A stretch of DNA of 64,000 bases, taken from the NCBI GenBank assembly GCA_049322255.1, contig JBMORE010000163.1:1-64000 (forward strand), given 5' to 3'. Both the position numbers and the translations under genes were made by a program. Positions 1 to 9,187 of the stretch are shown here, in pieces; position 1 is the stretch's first letter; each line of letters opens with the position of its first letter. The notes beneath the pieces are model-generated. The model did no database searches. It worked only from the letters and a program-made list of their open reading frames with translations, and was not told where the DNA came from. The stretch comes from Myxococcota bacterium. GTDB taxonomy: Bacteria; Myxococcota; Myxococcia; Myxococcales; Myxococcaceae.

Positions 1-415
1 CCTCGGCCTGCACGCGCGCCTCGACCGCGGCGCGGGCCTTCGCTTCTGCTGCCTCGCGCGCGCGGGCGGCGAGGGTGGCCTTGGCCTCGCTGCGCGCCGT
101 CTCCGCGCGGCGGACAATCTCTGCCAGCGTCTCCGGGGGTACCTTCAGCTCCGGCTCGATGAGGAAGGCGTCGACGAAGGCTGCGCTCGCCGAGCCGGAG
201 TCGCCCAACGTCGCCAAGCACAGCCCGAGGTAGAGGTGGGCTCGTGCGCGTGGACCTACGCTCGGGCTGGAAAGAGCGAGGGCCCGTAGCTTTGGCAGGG
301 CTTGCTCCGGCTGAAAGTCTTCGTAGAGGCGAATGGCCGCCGCGAGCTCTCCTTCGGCATCGGCGAGCGTCGAGGCGGCAAAAAGGAGCGCGAAAAGAGC
401 GAACGCGCGGTGCAT
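1..415 (-). CDS. Secreted TPR-like protein, partial (runs off the left edge)
   Basis: Not in the ORF track. Manual translation from ATG at 415 gives MHRAFALFALLFAASTLADAEGELAAAIRLYEDFQPEQAL...AHLYLGLCLATLGDSGSASAAF: signal peptide, TPR-like helices, then an Ala/Arg/Glu coiled coil, with no stop before position 1. Confidence 0.75.
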   Translation of the reverse strand, partial: MHRAFALFALLFAASTLADAEGELAAAIRLYEDFQPEQALPKLRALALSSPSVGPRARAHLYLGLCLATLGDSGSASAAFVDAFLIEPELKVPPETLAEIVRRAETARSEAKATLAARAREAAEAKARAAVEARVQAE

Positions 416-452
416 TCAGTTACTCTACCGCCTTCCCTTCGAAAGGAAGCGC

Positions 453-1496
453 ATGCTTTGGGCGGTGGTTCTCTCCTCGTGGCTCGGCGGAAGCGTGACC
501 CAGGCGCCCGCCGCGATGGCCAAGTTTCAGGAGGGAATGGGGCACTACCAGGCCGGGCGCTGCCGCGAGGCGCTGGTGGCCTTCGAGGACGCGGCCAAGG
601 TGCGCCGCTCGTCCGGGCTCCTGCGCCGCATTGCCGAGTGTCGCCAGAAGCTCGGAGAGCTCGTGCCGGCCCGCGAGGCGTGGCGGCAGTACCTGGCAGA
701 CAAGAGCATCCCCGATCGCGAAACGGCGCAGAAGGAGCTTTCGCAAGTGGAAGCGGCCATCGCAGAGGAAGAGAAGGCCGCTCGAGCCCAAGCGCAAGAG
801 AAGGCGCGGCTGGAGGCTGAGGAAAAGGCGCGCCAAGAAGCCGAGGCGCGGGCCAAGGCGGTAGCCTCGCCGCCGTCGACGCCTCGGGCGTCCTTCGACC
901 ATCGGCCGCTTCAGGTGGTGCCGCGTGGCGAGACGCCGGTCTTGAAGGTGAGGGTGACCGCGGAAGGGGTGGTGGCGAGCCCCGCGCTGCACGTGCGCCT
1001 GCCGGGAATGGAGGGGTATTCGGCGTTTCGCTTGGAGCCGGTGGAGGGCACCCCAGGGCTTTTCACCGCCCGCCTTCCACCCGCCCACGGCGAGGGCTTC
1101 GACTATTTCCTTACGCTTGCCGACGACACTGGACAGGTGCTGATGGCGATGGGCTCTGCGGGCGAGCCGTTGCACGTGGTGGTGAGCGGCGCGGTGACGG
1201 TTTCGCCGGTGGCCGTGTCGGCTCCTGCTCCTGCCGAGGGGGGCAAATGGTCCATGGGTCGCTCTGTCGGGGTGGCGGCCGGTGTGGTCGGAGTGGCGGC
1301 GGTGGTTGCAGGCGCGGTGATGGCGGTGAGCGCGCAAGACACGCTGGCCAACTACCGGCAGGGCCAAAAGCCTGACCAATTCCAAGAAGTCACCGAGCAA
1401 GACGCCCGGAGCGCCGTGGCCCGCTCGCACGTAGCCCTGGTGCTGCTCGGAGGAGGCGCCGGCGCAGCCGGCTTGGGCTTCGTTCTCGCCTTTTAG
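453..1496 (+). CDS. TPR-containing exported protein with coiled coil, Ig-like middle region and C-terminal hydrophobic Gly-rich hairpin
   Basis: ATG 453 follows GAAAGGAAG. Contains AKFQEGMGHYQAGRCREALVAFEDA (TPR-like) and two Gly/Val-rich hydrophobic segments, and ends in F. Confidence 0.75.
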   Translation: MLWAVVLSSWLGGSVTQAPAAMAKFQEGMGHYQAGRCREALVAFEDAAKVRRSSGLLRRIAECRQKLGELVPAREAWRQYLADKSIPDRETAQKELSQVEAAIAEEEKAARAQAQEKARLEAEEKARQEAEARAKAVASPPSTPRASFDHRPLQVVPRGETPVLKVRVTAEGVVASPALHVRLPGMEGYSAFRLEPVEGTPGLFTARLPPAHGEGFDYFLTLADDTGQVLMAMGSAGEPLHVVVSGAVTVSPVAVSAPAPAEGGKWSMGRSVGVAAGVVGVAAVVAGAVMAVSAQDTLANYRQGQKPDQFQEVTEQDARSAVARSHVALVLLGGGAGAAGLGFVLAF

Positions 1497-1503
1497 GTGC
1501 TGC

Positions 1504-2271
1504 ATGCGTGGATTCGTTCTCTTCGGAGTGATGGCGGCGGGGTGCGTGAGCATCGAGCAGTTCGAGGGCCGTCAATTTCGCTGTGACACCGACGAGCAGT
1601 GCTCCTCCGATGCTTGGTGCCATGCCAAGAGTCTGGTCACTGGAGGCCAGGAGGGAGGGAACGTCTGTGTCCCGCGCGGCGAGCACTACTGCGGCGGAGT
1701 GAAGTGCCCAGAGGGACAGCGGTGCCAGAGCTTTCCCGTCAATGCGAGCGCCAACTGCGTTCCTTGTACATCGCCGTGTTCGCCGCTGCGCGACCAACCC
1801 GACGGCCATGGTGGGGGTGGCGGAGGTGGGGGAGGAGGTGGGAATGAAGGCGAATGCAACTCGGCCTCTTGTCCCCAGGAAGAAGCCTGTGTCGCCGCCG
1901 CCTGCGCCAGGCCTTGCATCGAGCCTGTGCCGCCCAACTGCATCAGCTGCCGCTTCGCCGCCTTGGTGACCGACTTCTCGGTGACGAAAGGCGGAGGCTG
2001 CCTTCCCGGTGCCGACGCCGATTGCTCGACCCTCGGCTGTCCCTCGGGTCAGTCGTGCGCCATTTTTCTGCAAGGGGATGCCGGGGTGGCCTTGCGCTGT
2101 ACCGGCGCTGCCGCCAACGGAAAGGCAAGCTGCAGGACCGGTCAAGATTGCAGCTCCGGAATCTGCGTCACCGGGTTTTGCCGCGACGCCTGCACCGCTT
2201 CCAAGTCTCCGGGGTGTCCCAGCTGCGTCACTCGGCAGGACTTTCCCTCCGGCACGGGCTACTGCAATTGA
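1504..2271 (+). CDS. Cys-rich lipoprotein
   Basis: Lipobox-like MAAGC, many Cys modules and a poly-Gly linker. Starts 7 nt after the TPR gene. Confidence 0.75.
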   Translation: MRGFVLFGVMAAGCVSIEQFEGRQFRCDTDEQCSSDAWCHAKSLVTGGQEGGNVCVPRGEHYCGGVKCPEGQRCQSFPVNASANCVPCTSPCSPLRDQPDGHGGGGGGGGGGGNEGECNSASCPQEEACVAAACARPCIEPVPPNCISCRFAALVTDFSVTKGGGCLPGADADCSTLGCPSGQSCAIFLQGDAGVALRCTGAAANGKASCRTGQDCSSGICVTGFCRDACTASKSPGCPSCVTRQDFPSGTGYCN

Positions 2272-3035
2272 AGGAAAGCTTCGGCCGCAGGAATGTCTTC
2301 TGGCCGATCGACCGCGACGGACCGGTGTGACGTTGGCCGGCAGGCGATGCGAATGCCGTTTTCCAACGCGCGAAGCTGCTCGAGGCTCTCCGCAAGCTCG
2401 AGCGGGCTTGGCGGCAGCGCGGCGAGCCGGAGCAACGTTGCTCGTCGGTAGCCGTAGATGCCGACGTGGGCGAAGCGCCTAAGATTTCCTCTCCCCTCAC
2501 CCTTACCCTCTCCCAGAGGGAGAGGGGGGTGCTCCTCGCGAACGTAGGGCACGTCGGCGCGGGAGAAGTAGAGGGCGAAGCCGTCGGCGCCCACCACCGC
2601 CTTCACCACGTGTGGGTTTGCTCGTTCGTTCTCCGCCAGCGGCCGCACCAGCGTCGCCATCTCCACGAGCGGGTCATCGAAAGCTTGCGTCAGTGCGGCG
2701 AGCGACTGGGGGTGAATCGCCGGCTCGTCTCCCTGGACGTTGACGTAGACGTTGGCCTCGGTCGACCGCGCCACTTGGGCGACGCGATCAGTCCCGCTCG
2801 CGCACGCCGGCGAGGTGAGCGCCACCGCTCCGCCGAAGCGTCGCACCGCCTCCTCGATGCGCGCATCATCGGTGGCGACGATGATGTGGTCGAAGGCGTC
2901 GCTTTCCTGGCAGCGCTCGTAGACGTGCTGAACCATCGGCTTGCCGGCGATGAGCGCCAGCGGCTTGCCGGGGAAGCGCGAGGAGGCGTAGCGCGCGGGG
3001 ATGACCGCAGTGGGCTTGGAGGCTTTCGCCGTCAC
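2259..3035 (-). CDS. kdsB: 3-deoxy-manno-octulosonate cytidylyltransferase (CMP-Kdo synthetase)
   Basis: IPARYASSRFPGKPLA, SGTDR, VNVQGDEP, ALYFSR, HVGIYGY and LEQLRALENG motifs. GTG start at 3035 is inferred. Confidence 0.95.
   Translation of the reverse strand: MTAKASKPTAVIPARYASSRFPGKPLALIAGKPMVQHVYERCQESDAFDHIIVATDDARIEEAVRRFGGAVALTSPACASGTDRVAQVARSTEANVYVNVQGDEPAIHPQSLAALTQAFDDPLVEMATLVRPLAENERANPHVVKAVVGADGFALYFSRADVPYVREEHPPLPLGEGKGEGRGNLRRFAHVGIYGYRRATLLRLAALPPSPLELAESLEQLRALENGIRIACRPTSHRSVAVDRPEDIPAAEAFLQLQ
2493..2526. repeat. BoxC/REP-like palindromic element, copy 1 (inside kdsB)
   Basis: CCCCTCACCCTTA tail followed by hairpin CCCTCTCCC-AGA-GGGAGAGGG (2506-2526). Confidence 0.8.
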
Positions 3036-3102
3036 GCCCACCTTTATACGGTGGTGAACGGCTCCGTGGCTCGCGCCAAGTGGCGTTCCTAGCTTGGTGG
3101 CG

Positions 3103-4227
3103 ATGAAAACCATTCTGCACGTGGTGGGAGCGCGGCCGAACTTCATGAAGGTCGCTCCGATTCACCGGGCGATCGCCGAGCGCGGCCAGCTCGTCCAACG
3201 GTTGGTGCACACCGGGCAGCACTACGACGCGCAGATGAGCGACGTCTTCTTCGCCGACCTGGGGTTGCCTCCGCCCGACTTGCACCTGGGAGTCGGCTCG
3301 GGCTCGCACGCGGCGCAGACGGCGAAGCTCTTGCTCGAGCTGGAGAAGGTCTTCGAACGGATACGCCCCGGCCTGGTCTCGGTGGTGGGGGACGTCAACA
3401 GCACGCTGGCGGCGGCGCTGGTGGCCGCCAAGCTGGGCATTCCCGTGGCGCACGTCGAGGCGGGGCTACGCAGCTTCGATCGCTCCATGCCCGAAGAAGT
3501 CAACCGGGTGGTCACCGACCGGCTCAGCGACCTGCTGCTCACTCCTTCCGCCGATGGAGATGCGAACTTGCTCGAGGAGGGGGTGGACCCGCGCTCCATC
3601 TTCCGTGTGGGCAACGTGATGATCGACAGCCTCCTGGCGGCGCAGCCAAGAGCACTCCAGCTGCCGGTGCTCGAACGGCTGGGGCTCACCGCACGCGGCT
3701 ACGGAGTGTGTACGCTGCACCGGCCCTCGAACGTCGACGACCCCGCGGTGCTCGGAGGGCTGCTTTTGGCGCTGGGGGTCATCTCCACCTCGCTTCCCAT
3801 CGTGTTCCCGGTGCACCCGCGCACGCGGCGCATGCTGGCGCAAGGCAGCCTGAGGGTGATGCCAGCGGCCCACCCCGGGCTGCGGCTGTGCGAGCCGTTG
3901 GGCTATCTCGAGTTTTTGGCCCTCACCGCTCAGGCGCGGCTGGTGCTGACCGACTCCGGGGGGCTTCAGGAGGAGACCACCGCGCTGGGAGTGCCTTGCC
4001 TCACCTTGCGCGAGAACACCGAGCGGCCGGTGACGGTGTCGGTGGGCACCAACGTGGTGGTGGGGACCGACCCGGCGCGCATCGAAGCCGAGGCGGCCAA
4101 GGTGCTCGCCGGCCGCGGAAAAGAGGGCCGCGTCCCCGAGCTGTGGGACGGGCGCGCCGCGTACCGAATCGCCGAGGTCTACGAGAGATATCTATCTCCC
4201 TCTCCCTCTGGGAGAGGGTTGGGGTGA
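3103..4227 (+). CDS. wecB: UDP-N-acetylglucosamine 2-epimerase (non-hydrolysing)
   Basis: GARPNFMK, HTGQHYD, HVEAGLRS, PEEVNR, TDSGGLQEE and RENTERP motifs. Confidence 0.95.
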   Translation: MKTILHVVGARPNFMKVAPIHRAIAERGQLVQRLVHTGQHYDAQMSDVFFADLGLPPPDLHLGVGSGSHAAQTAKLLLELEKVFERIRPGLVSVVGDVNSTLAAALVAAKLGIPVAHVEAGLRSFDRSMPEEVNRVVTDRLSDLLLTPSADGDANLLEEGVDPRSIFRVGNVMIDSLLAAQPRALQLPVLERLGLTARGYGVCTLHRPSNVDDPAVLGGLLLALGVISTSLPIVFPVHPRTRRMLAQGSLRVMPAAHPGLRLCEPLGYLEFLALTAQARLVLTDSGGLQEETTALGVPCLTLRENTERPVTVSVGTNVVVGTDPARIEAEAAKVLAGRGKEGRVPELWDGRAAYRIAEVYERYLSPSPSGRGLG

Positions 4228-4296
4228 AGGGCGTTAAACTTCGCGAGCTTTCGCCCCTCACCCTTCCCCTCTCCCATAGGGCCCATAGGGAGAGGG
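4198..4296. repeat. Inverted pair of BoxC/REP-like elements (REPIN-like doublet) between convergent genes
   Basis: Copy 2 (4198-4231) is CCCTCTCCC-TCT-GGGAGAGGG-TTGGGGTGAAGGG. Copy 3 (4254-4296) is in the opposite orientation, with CCCATAGGG duplicated in its loop. May also act as a bidirectional terminator. Confidence 0.8.
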
Positions 4297-4299
4297 AAT

Positions 4300-5187
4300 T
4301 TACGGACACATGCGCGCAGAGCAGGTGCCGCCGTCCGCGCAGGTCTTCCCGTCGCAATCGACATCGGCACAGTCGGTAAGCCCGTCGAGGTCGCCGTCCG
4401 CTCCGTCGTCGCACACGGTTTCTTGCGGCACACACGCCAAAGGCGGCTGCCCGGCATCGAGGCCGCCGTCACCTCCACCGTCGGTTTCGCCGCCGTCGTT
4501 TGGCCCGGCGTCGGCCGCTCCCGCGTCGAAGGGACCGGCATCGCCCATACCCCCGTCGGGGATACCGGCGTCGGTGAAGGTTCGCCCGCAGTTGAGCCCG
4601 GCATCGGAGGCGCTGCACGTACGCCCTAGACAGTCGAGGTCGTCGCAGTCGATGAGCCCGTCGCCATCATTGTCGACGCCGTCGGCGCAGTCCTCCTCAT
4701 GGCAACTCGACGTCCGGCACGCTGCCCCGGTGGCACAGGCGTCGTTACACCTGCCGCAGTGTGCGGAATCGTTGGCCAAGTCGAACGTCTCGTCGGTTTG
4801 CCCGTTGCAGTCATTGTCCAGCTGGTCGCATTGCTCGGCCGAAGGTTGCACGCTCGCCGCGCACACCAAGCCGGCATCGGCGCACGCGCGCGTGCCCTGG
4901 GCACACACCCCGGGGCTTCCTGTGTCGCAAACCTGCCCGGACTCGGGAAAGGCCTCGTCGAAGAGGCCGTCGCAGTCGTCGTCTACTCCGTTGCACAGCT
5001 CCTCGTCGGTGCACACGCCCACGGGAAAGCACAGCCCGCCACCGCTGGCTTGCGGCCGGCATTGGTAGCTTTTTCCGCAGTCCGCGTCGGCCGCGCAGGA
5101 GAAGAGACCCTCGTCGGGGTCGACGCTCAACCGGCAGCTCACCGCCGCGCACAGCAAACCCGCTGCCCATAGACGACGCGCCTTCAT
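4300..5187 (-). CDS. Cys-rich lipoprotein with MopE-like putative metal-binding repeats and a D(A/G)G linker
   Basis: Lipobox AVSC. Repeats EELCNGVDDDCDGLFDE and EQCDQLDNDCNGQTDE, a HCGRCNDAC repeat, and two CxDGxDxDxDGLxDCxDxDC motifs. Confidence 0.85.
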   Translation of the reverse strand: MKARRLWAAGLLCAAVSCRLSVDPDEGLFSCAADADCGKSYQCRPQASGGGLCFPVGVCTDEELCNGVDDDCDGLFDEAFPESGQVCDTGSPGVCAQGTRACADAGLVCAASVQPSAEQCDQLDNDCNGQTDETFDLANDSAHCGRCNDACATGAACRTSSCHEEDCADGVDNDGDGLIDCDDLDCLGRTCSASDAGLNCGRTFTDAGIPDGGMGDAGPFDAGAADAGPNDGGETDGGGDGGLDAGQPPLACVPQETVCDDGADGDLDGLTDCADVDCDGKTCADGGTCSARMCP

Positions 5188-6266
5188 CAGAACCGACCTC
5201 CGAGGACCAACCCTGCGGCCCCTGGGCCGACTGCCGGTGCCACCGATGTTTGAGGTTCTTCTTCACCGACGCCGATGAGCGTGAGCACTACGCCGGTCAC
5301 CGCCGCGGCCCCCGCCACTCCGAAGAGCACGTTGGCCACGGTGGCGTTGCTCTGGGCGTCGAGCGCCTGTTGACGGGTGCCGGCGTAGACGCCGGTGTCG
5401 GGGTTGAAACCCTCGCGAAGCTCGCGCTGCGTCCGCTCCGCCCGCACCCCGAAGAGGGCGCCCGCTCCTCCAGCCACCAGCGCCACGCCTCCGGCAATCC
5501 ACGCCGGCGCGGGCACGTGCAGCCCGCCGGCTGATTTCTCTTTGGCGTCTTTTTGCACCAGCGCGGGAACCTCTTCCTCTTCAGGCTGCGCGCCGGGAAT
5601 GAGGAGCAGCCGCACCTCTTCCTCCGTCACCCGGTTGGCCTCGACGGTGAGCAGGCGTTGCACCGGCAGGTACGCCTTCTTCTGTATGTGCACCTCGTGC
5701 TTGCCCGGCTTGAGCTCGAGCGAGAGCGGAGCGGTGCCCACCCGTTCGCCGTTCACCGTCACCTGGGCGTTCTTCACGTTGCAGGTGAGCTTCAAGGTCC
5801 CGCGCGCCTCTTTCTCGCCGCGCAAAAGCCTCGGCACGGCTTCGCCCACGTCCAGCGTCAAGCGGCGGGAGGCGATGAGAATGGCCCGATCGACGTCGGC
5901 GAGGACTTGCATCTTCTCCAGGTCGATGAGCCACAGCTTGATGAGGTAGCTCCGTTCGTCGCGGGTCAAAGACCCCACCACCACCCGCTGCACGTCTACT
6001 CCCTGCACCCGCGCTGCCACGCACGTCACCTTCCCCTCGCAGTTGCGCAGCTCTTCGTAGGTCTTCTCGCCCAGCTTCTCGCGCAGCTCGTCCGGGCCGA
6101 CGACGGCGAAGCGTTGCTGCTTGGCCGACTGGAGCACCGTCTGGGTGACTTGGGCAGCCAGCCCCATCATCGTGGGCGGCGAGGTGAGCTCGACGATTGC
6201 TACCTTCTCTTTGGCCACAGCGGGCAAGGCGGTCACGAGCAGCGCCGCCACAAGAGGCTTCCTCAT
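5187..6266 (-). CDS. PEGA-domain exported protein
   Basis: Signal peptide MRKPLVAALLVTALPAVA. PEGA-like segment NAQVTVNGERVGTAPLSLELKPGKHEVHIQKKAY. C-terminal hydrophobic hairpin ending GLVLGGRF. Overlaps the downstream lipoprotein gene by 1 nt. Confidence 0.85.
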   Translation of the reverse strand: MRKPLVAALLVTALPAVAKEKVAIVELTSPPTMMGLAAQVTQTVLQSAKQQRFAVVGPDELREKLGEKTYEELRNCEGKVTCVAARVQGVDVQRVVVGSLTRDERSYLIKLWLIDLEKMQVLADVDRAILIASRRLTLDVGEAVPRLLRGEKEARGTLKLTCNVKNAQVTVNGERVGTAPLSLELKPGKHEVHIQKKAYLPVQRLLTVEANRVTEEEVRLLLIPGAQPEEEEVPALVQKDAKEKSAGGLHVPAPAWIAGGVALVAGGAGALFGVRAERTQRELREGFNPDTGVYAGTRQQALDAQSNATVANVLFGVAGAAAVTGVVLTLIGVGEEEPQTSVAPAVGPGAAGLVLGGRF

Positions 6267-6336
6267 GGCGGCGAACCATACTCGGGAAACGACCGGCGGT
6301 AGAGGGAACGGCTGCGTGTTATGCACCTTGGCGGAG

Positions 6337-7308
6337 ATGACTCCTCCGCCCGCAGCACCTCGTGTCGTCGAGGTCGAGTTCGTCGTCGAGCCCAACTACG
6401 CCGGCTGGCGGCTCGACCGCTACCTGTGCGAGAAAATTCGCCGCCTCTCCCGCACCCGTGTGCAGCGCATCATCGAGCGCGACTTGGTGAGCGAGCGGCC
6501 GCTCAAGCCCTCGAGCTTGGTCACCCCCGGCCTCACTTTTCGCCTGCGCAAGAGGGTGCTCGAGGAGCCGGAGGTGCCCGCGCCCGAAGAGCTGGTCGAA
6601 CTCTACCGTGACGAGTGGCTGCTCGTGCTCGACAAGCCCGCGGGCTTACCCATTCACCCCACCGCCCGCTACCACCAGGGCACGCTGGTGTCGCTCTTGC
6701 GGCGGCGCTACGGAGACTCCTGCAAGGCCGACCCGGCGCACCGACTCGACCGCGAGACCTCCGGCTTGGTGGTGTGCGGCCTTTCGGTCGAGGCGACCCG
6801 GCGTCTCAAGCGCGCCTTTCACCAGGGTGAGGTCGCCAAGGAGTATCTCGCCATCTGCGAGGGCCACCCTGCCACAGACGAGCTCGAGGTCGACGCACCC
6901 GTTGCCGAGGGAGGTGCGCTGGTGCGCATCGCGGTGCGCATCGACCCTGTGGCGGGCAAGCGCGCCCTCACCCGTTTCGAGGTGCTCCGTCGCTTCACCC
7001 GCGTGGGCGAGCCCTTTTCCCTCTTGCGCGCCCTCCCCCGTACCGGCCGGCAACACCAGATTCGTATTCACCTCAAGTCGGTGGGCTTGCCTTTGGTGGG
7101 AGACAAAATCTACGGCCCTGACGAGGGGTACTTCGACCGCTTTTCCCGACACGCCCTGGAGCCCGAGGCCTGGGCGCGCCTGCGTCTGAGCCGGCACGCG
7201 CTGCACGCAGCGAAGCTTTCTTTCACCCACCCGGGTACGGGAAAACAGCTGTGCTTCGAGTCGCCGCTGCCCGCCGACCTGAGCGCCTTCCTCGATGGAA
7301 GAGAGTAG
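6337..7308 (+). CDS. RluA/RluD-family pseudouridine synthase
   Basis: S4-like GWRLDRYL, DKPAGLPIHP, catalytic HRLDRETSG, TGRQHQIRIH and GDKIYG motifs. Confidence 0.93.
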   Translation: MTPPPAAPRVVEVEFVVEPNYAGWRLDRYLCEKIRRLSRTRVQRIIERDLVSERPLKPSSLVTPGLTFRLRKRVLEEPEVPAPEELVELYRDEWLLVLDKPAGLPIHPTARYHQGTLVSLLRRRYGDSCKADPAHRLDRETSGLVVCGLSVEATRRLKRAFHQGEVAKEYLAICEGHPATDELEVDAPVAEGGALVRIAVRIDPVAGKRALTRFEVLRRFTRVGEPFSLLRALPRTGRQHQIRIHLKSVGLPLVGDKIYGPDEGYFDRFSRHALEPEAWARLRLSRHALHAAKLSFTHPGTGKQLCFESPLPADLSAFLDGRE

Positions 7309-7315
7309 ACCGTCG

Positions 7316-9151
7316 TCAGGGTGAGCGCAGGTGGCGCCTGCGGCTGCTGCGTGCGCTCAACGCGGCCACCAAAACGAGCATCGGCCACAGGCCACCCGCG
7401 GCGGAGCTTCCTTGGCATCCGCAGCTGGTGCCCACCGCGTCCAGCTCGTTTTCGCCTGCCCCGGCGTCTGCCGTGCCGTCGCCCGCATCGAGGGGGTTGC
7501 CGCTGTCGACAGAGCCCGCATCGACATCCGCTCCGCCGTCGAACGAAGCGCCTGCGTCTTCCGCTCCGCCGTCGCTCGCTACTCCCCCGTCGAAGCCCGC
7601 ATCGGCGACGCCTGCATCCATTCCGCTGCCGGCGTCGACTGTGCTGCCTGCGTCCATTCCGCTGCCAGCGTCGACTGTGCTGCCGGCATCCATTCCGCTA
7701 CCGGCATCGACTGGGCTACCGGCGTCCGCGCCATAGGCGCCTGGATTCGGGTACCCCGCCGGGGCCTCCCGCAGCTGACAGGGGAAGAGGGGGTTCACCG
7801 AGCTGCCAAAAGGGTTGTTTCCGCCGTAGGCGCCTTGCTGACCGCCGTCGCTGCTCGCGGTGAGGGAAGGGCTGGTGGACTGCAAACGAAAATTGCCGGC
7901 GTCGGGAGAGACGAATCGAGGGTCCACCGAGATGTTGCCGGTTCCGGTCAAGGGAGCCAGGGAGCCGGCGGCGTTGTTGTAGCTGGCAGTCCCCTGAGTG
8001 AAGCCGATGACCGGCGCAGGTGCTTGTAGAATGTTGTTCACCACCTGGGGGACGAAGTTGTTCTGGCTGTTGGCGTCGTAGAGGTAATGCTCGATGCCGT
8101 CCGCGCTTTGGGCCACGGTGTTGTGACGCAGCTGGGGGGTGAAGGGCATGGCGGCAAACTGGCCCACCGACACCAGGGCGATGGGCGTATCCGCGGCGGC
8201 GTCGGTGCCGAAGAAGAGGTTGTTCTCCACCACCAAACCGGTGCAGTCCCAGCAGACCATGCCGAAACGGCGGTCGGTGCGACTGGAGCGCCGGTGGTCG
8301 AAGAGGTTGCCGCGAATGGTGGTGGGCATTCGCACCCCGACGGCGATGTATTCGTCGTCAGACACCGGGGACAGGCCGGTCGAGTTGGTGAACCCGTAGA
8401 ACCAATTCCGCGTCACCACCGCGGGCTGGGTCGCCAGATTCGTTCCTGCGTCGGCATTGTCCACAGTGGACAGGGCGATGCCCACCGAATCGATGCCGTG
8501 AAACACGTTGCAGTCGATGACCACCCCGCCCAGCGCCCACACCCCTTCTCCTTGGGGCAAGAAGTTCGTGCGGCCGTTTCTGTTGCGCACGTTGATGACG
8601 TTGTTGAGGATGTAGTTGTCGCGCGCGGGCACGTTGGTGACGAGGCTCGAACCGATGCCAATGCCTACGACTTCATGCTGGGGCAGGTCGACCTCGCCTC
8701 CGGGGACGGTGATGGTGAAGCCGTCGATGTGAATGCCTTCGGCGTTGAACGCACCCATTCCAATCTGCTCGCTGCGAACGACGTAGACGATTCCCGCCAT
8801 GGCCAAGTTGCTCAGGTCCACCTGGAGCACGGTCTCGTCGGCGCCCCGGTCGGAGACCAAGTGGGTGTGGTTGGGGACGAGGAAGCCCGTCTGCGGCGCC
8901 GTAGGGGCGGCGTTCTCCACGTAGGTACCGGGGCCCACGTGAATAACCGCCACGTTGGCGGCCGAGGGCGCGGGGCTCAGCACCGAGAACGTGTACTTGA
9001 GGGTTCGGCAGGGGTTGGCGTTGGTTCCGCACCCCACGGCGTCGGTCCCGCCTTGGCTGCGCACGTAGTAATCGGTGGCCAAGGCAGAGGTCGCGCAAAG
9101 CAGCACGAGGGCACCCAGCCCGGCGGATAGAGCTTTCGTCAATGGTTTCAT
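7316..9151 (-). CDS. Secreted right-handed beta-helix (pectin-lyase-like) protein with D(A/G)G stalk and MYXO-CTERM-type tail
   Basis: Signal peptide, then TDYYVRSQGGTD...NPCRTL...HVGPGTY and Asn-ladder repeats. C-terminus is CGCQGSSAAGG, a hydrophobic stretch, then RRR. Confidence 0.8.
   Translation of the reverse strand: MKPLTKALSAGLGALVLLCATSALATDYYVRSQGGTDAVGCGTNANPCRTLKYTFSVLSPAPSAANVAVIHVGPGTYVENAAPTAPQTGFLVPNHTHLVSDRGADETVLQVDLSNLAMAGIVYVVRSEQIGMGAFNAEGIHIDGFTITVPGGEVDLPQHEVVGIGIGSSLVTNVPARDNYILNNVINVRNRNGRTNFLPQGEGVWALGGVVIDCNVFHGIDSVGIALSTVDNADAGTNLATQPAVVTRNWFYGFTNSTGLSPVSDDEYIAVGVRMPTTIRGNLFDHRRSSRTDRRFGMVCWDCTGLVVENNLFFGTDAAADTPIALVSVGQFAAMPFTPQLRHNTVAQSADGIEHYLYDANSQNNFVPQVVNNILQAPAPVIGFTQGTASYNNAAGSLAPLTGTGNISVDPRFVSPDAGNFRLQSTSPSLTASSDGGQQGAYGGNNPFGSSVNPLFPCQLREAPAGYPNPGAYGADAGSPVDAGSGMDAGSTVDAGSGMDAGSTVDAGSGMDAGVADAGFDGGVASDGGAEDAGASFDGGADVDAGSVDSGNPLDAGDGTADAGAGENELDAVGTSCGCQGSSAAGGLWPMLVLVAALSARSSRRRHLRSP
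7611..7718. repeat. Coding tandem repeat, 3 x 36 bp, encoding (S[TP]VDAGSGMDAG)3
   Basis: Units start at 7611, 7647 and 7683 and differ mostly at synonymous positions. Confidence 0.9.
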
Positions 9152-9187
9152 CGAGGCAGAGCGTACCAGTTCTTAGTGGCGTTTTTG

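Noticed and set aside
1810..1842. G-rich tract as a regulatory G-quadruplex or contingency repeat
   Set aside because: It encodes a poly-Gly linker with mixed codons and is adequately explained by protein sequence.
7611..7718. 36-bp repeats as a possible CRISPR array
   Set aside because: The units are contiguous with no spacers, in frame and vary synonymously, so this is a coding linker repeat. No cas genes are present.
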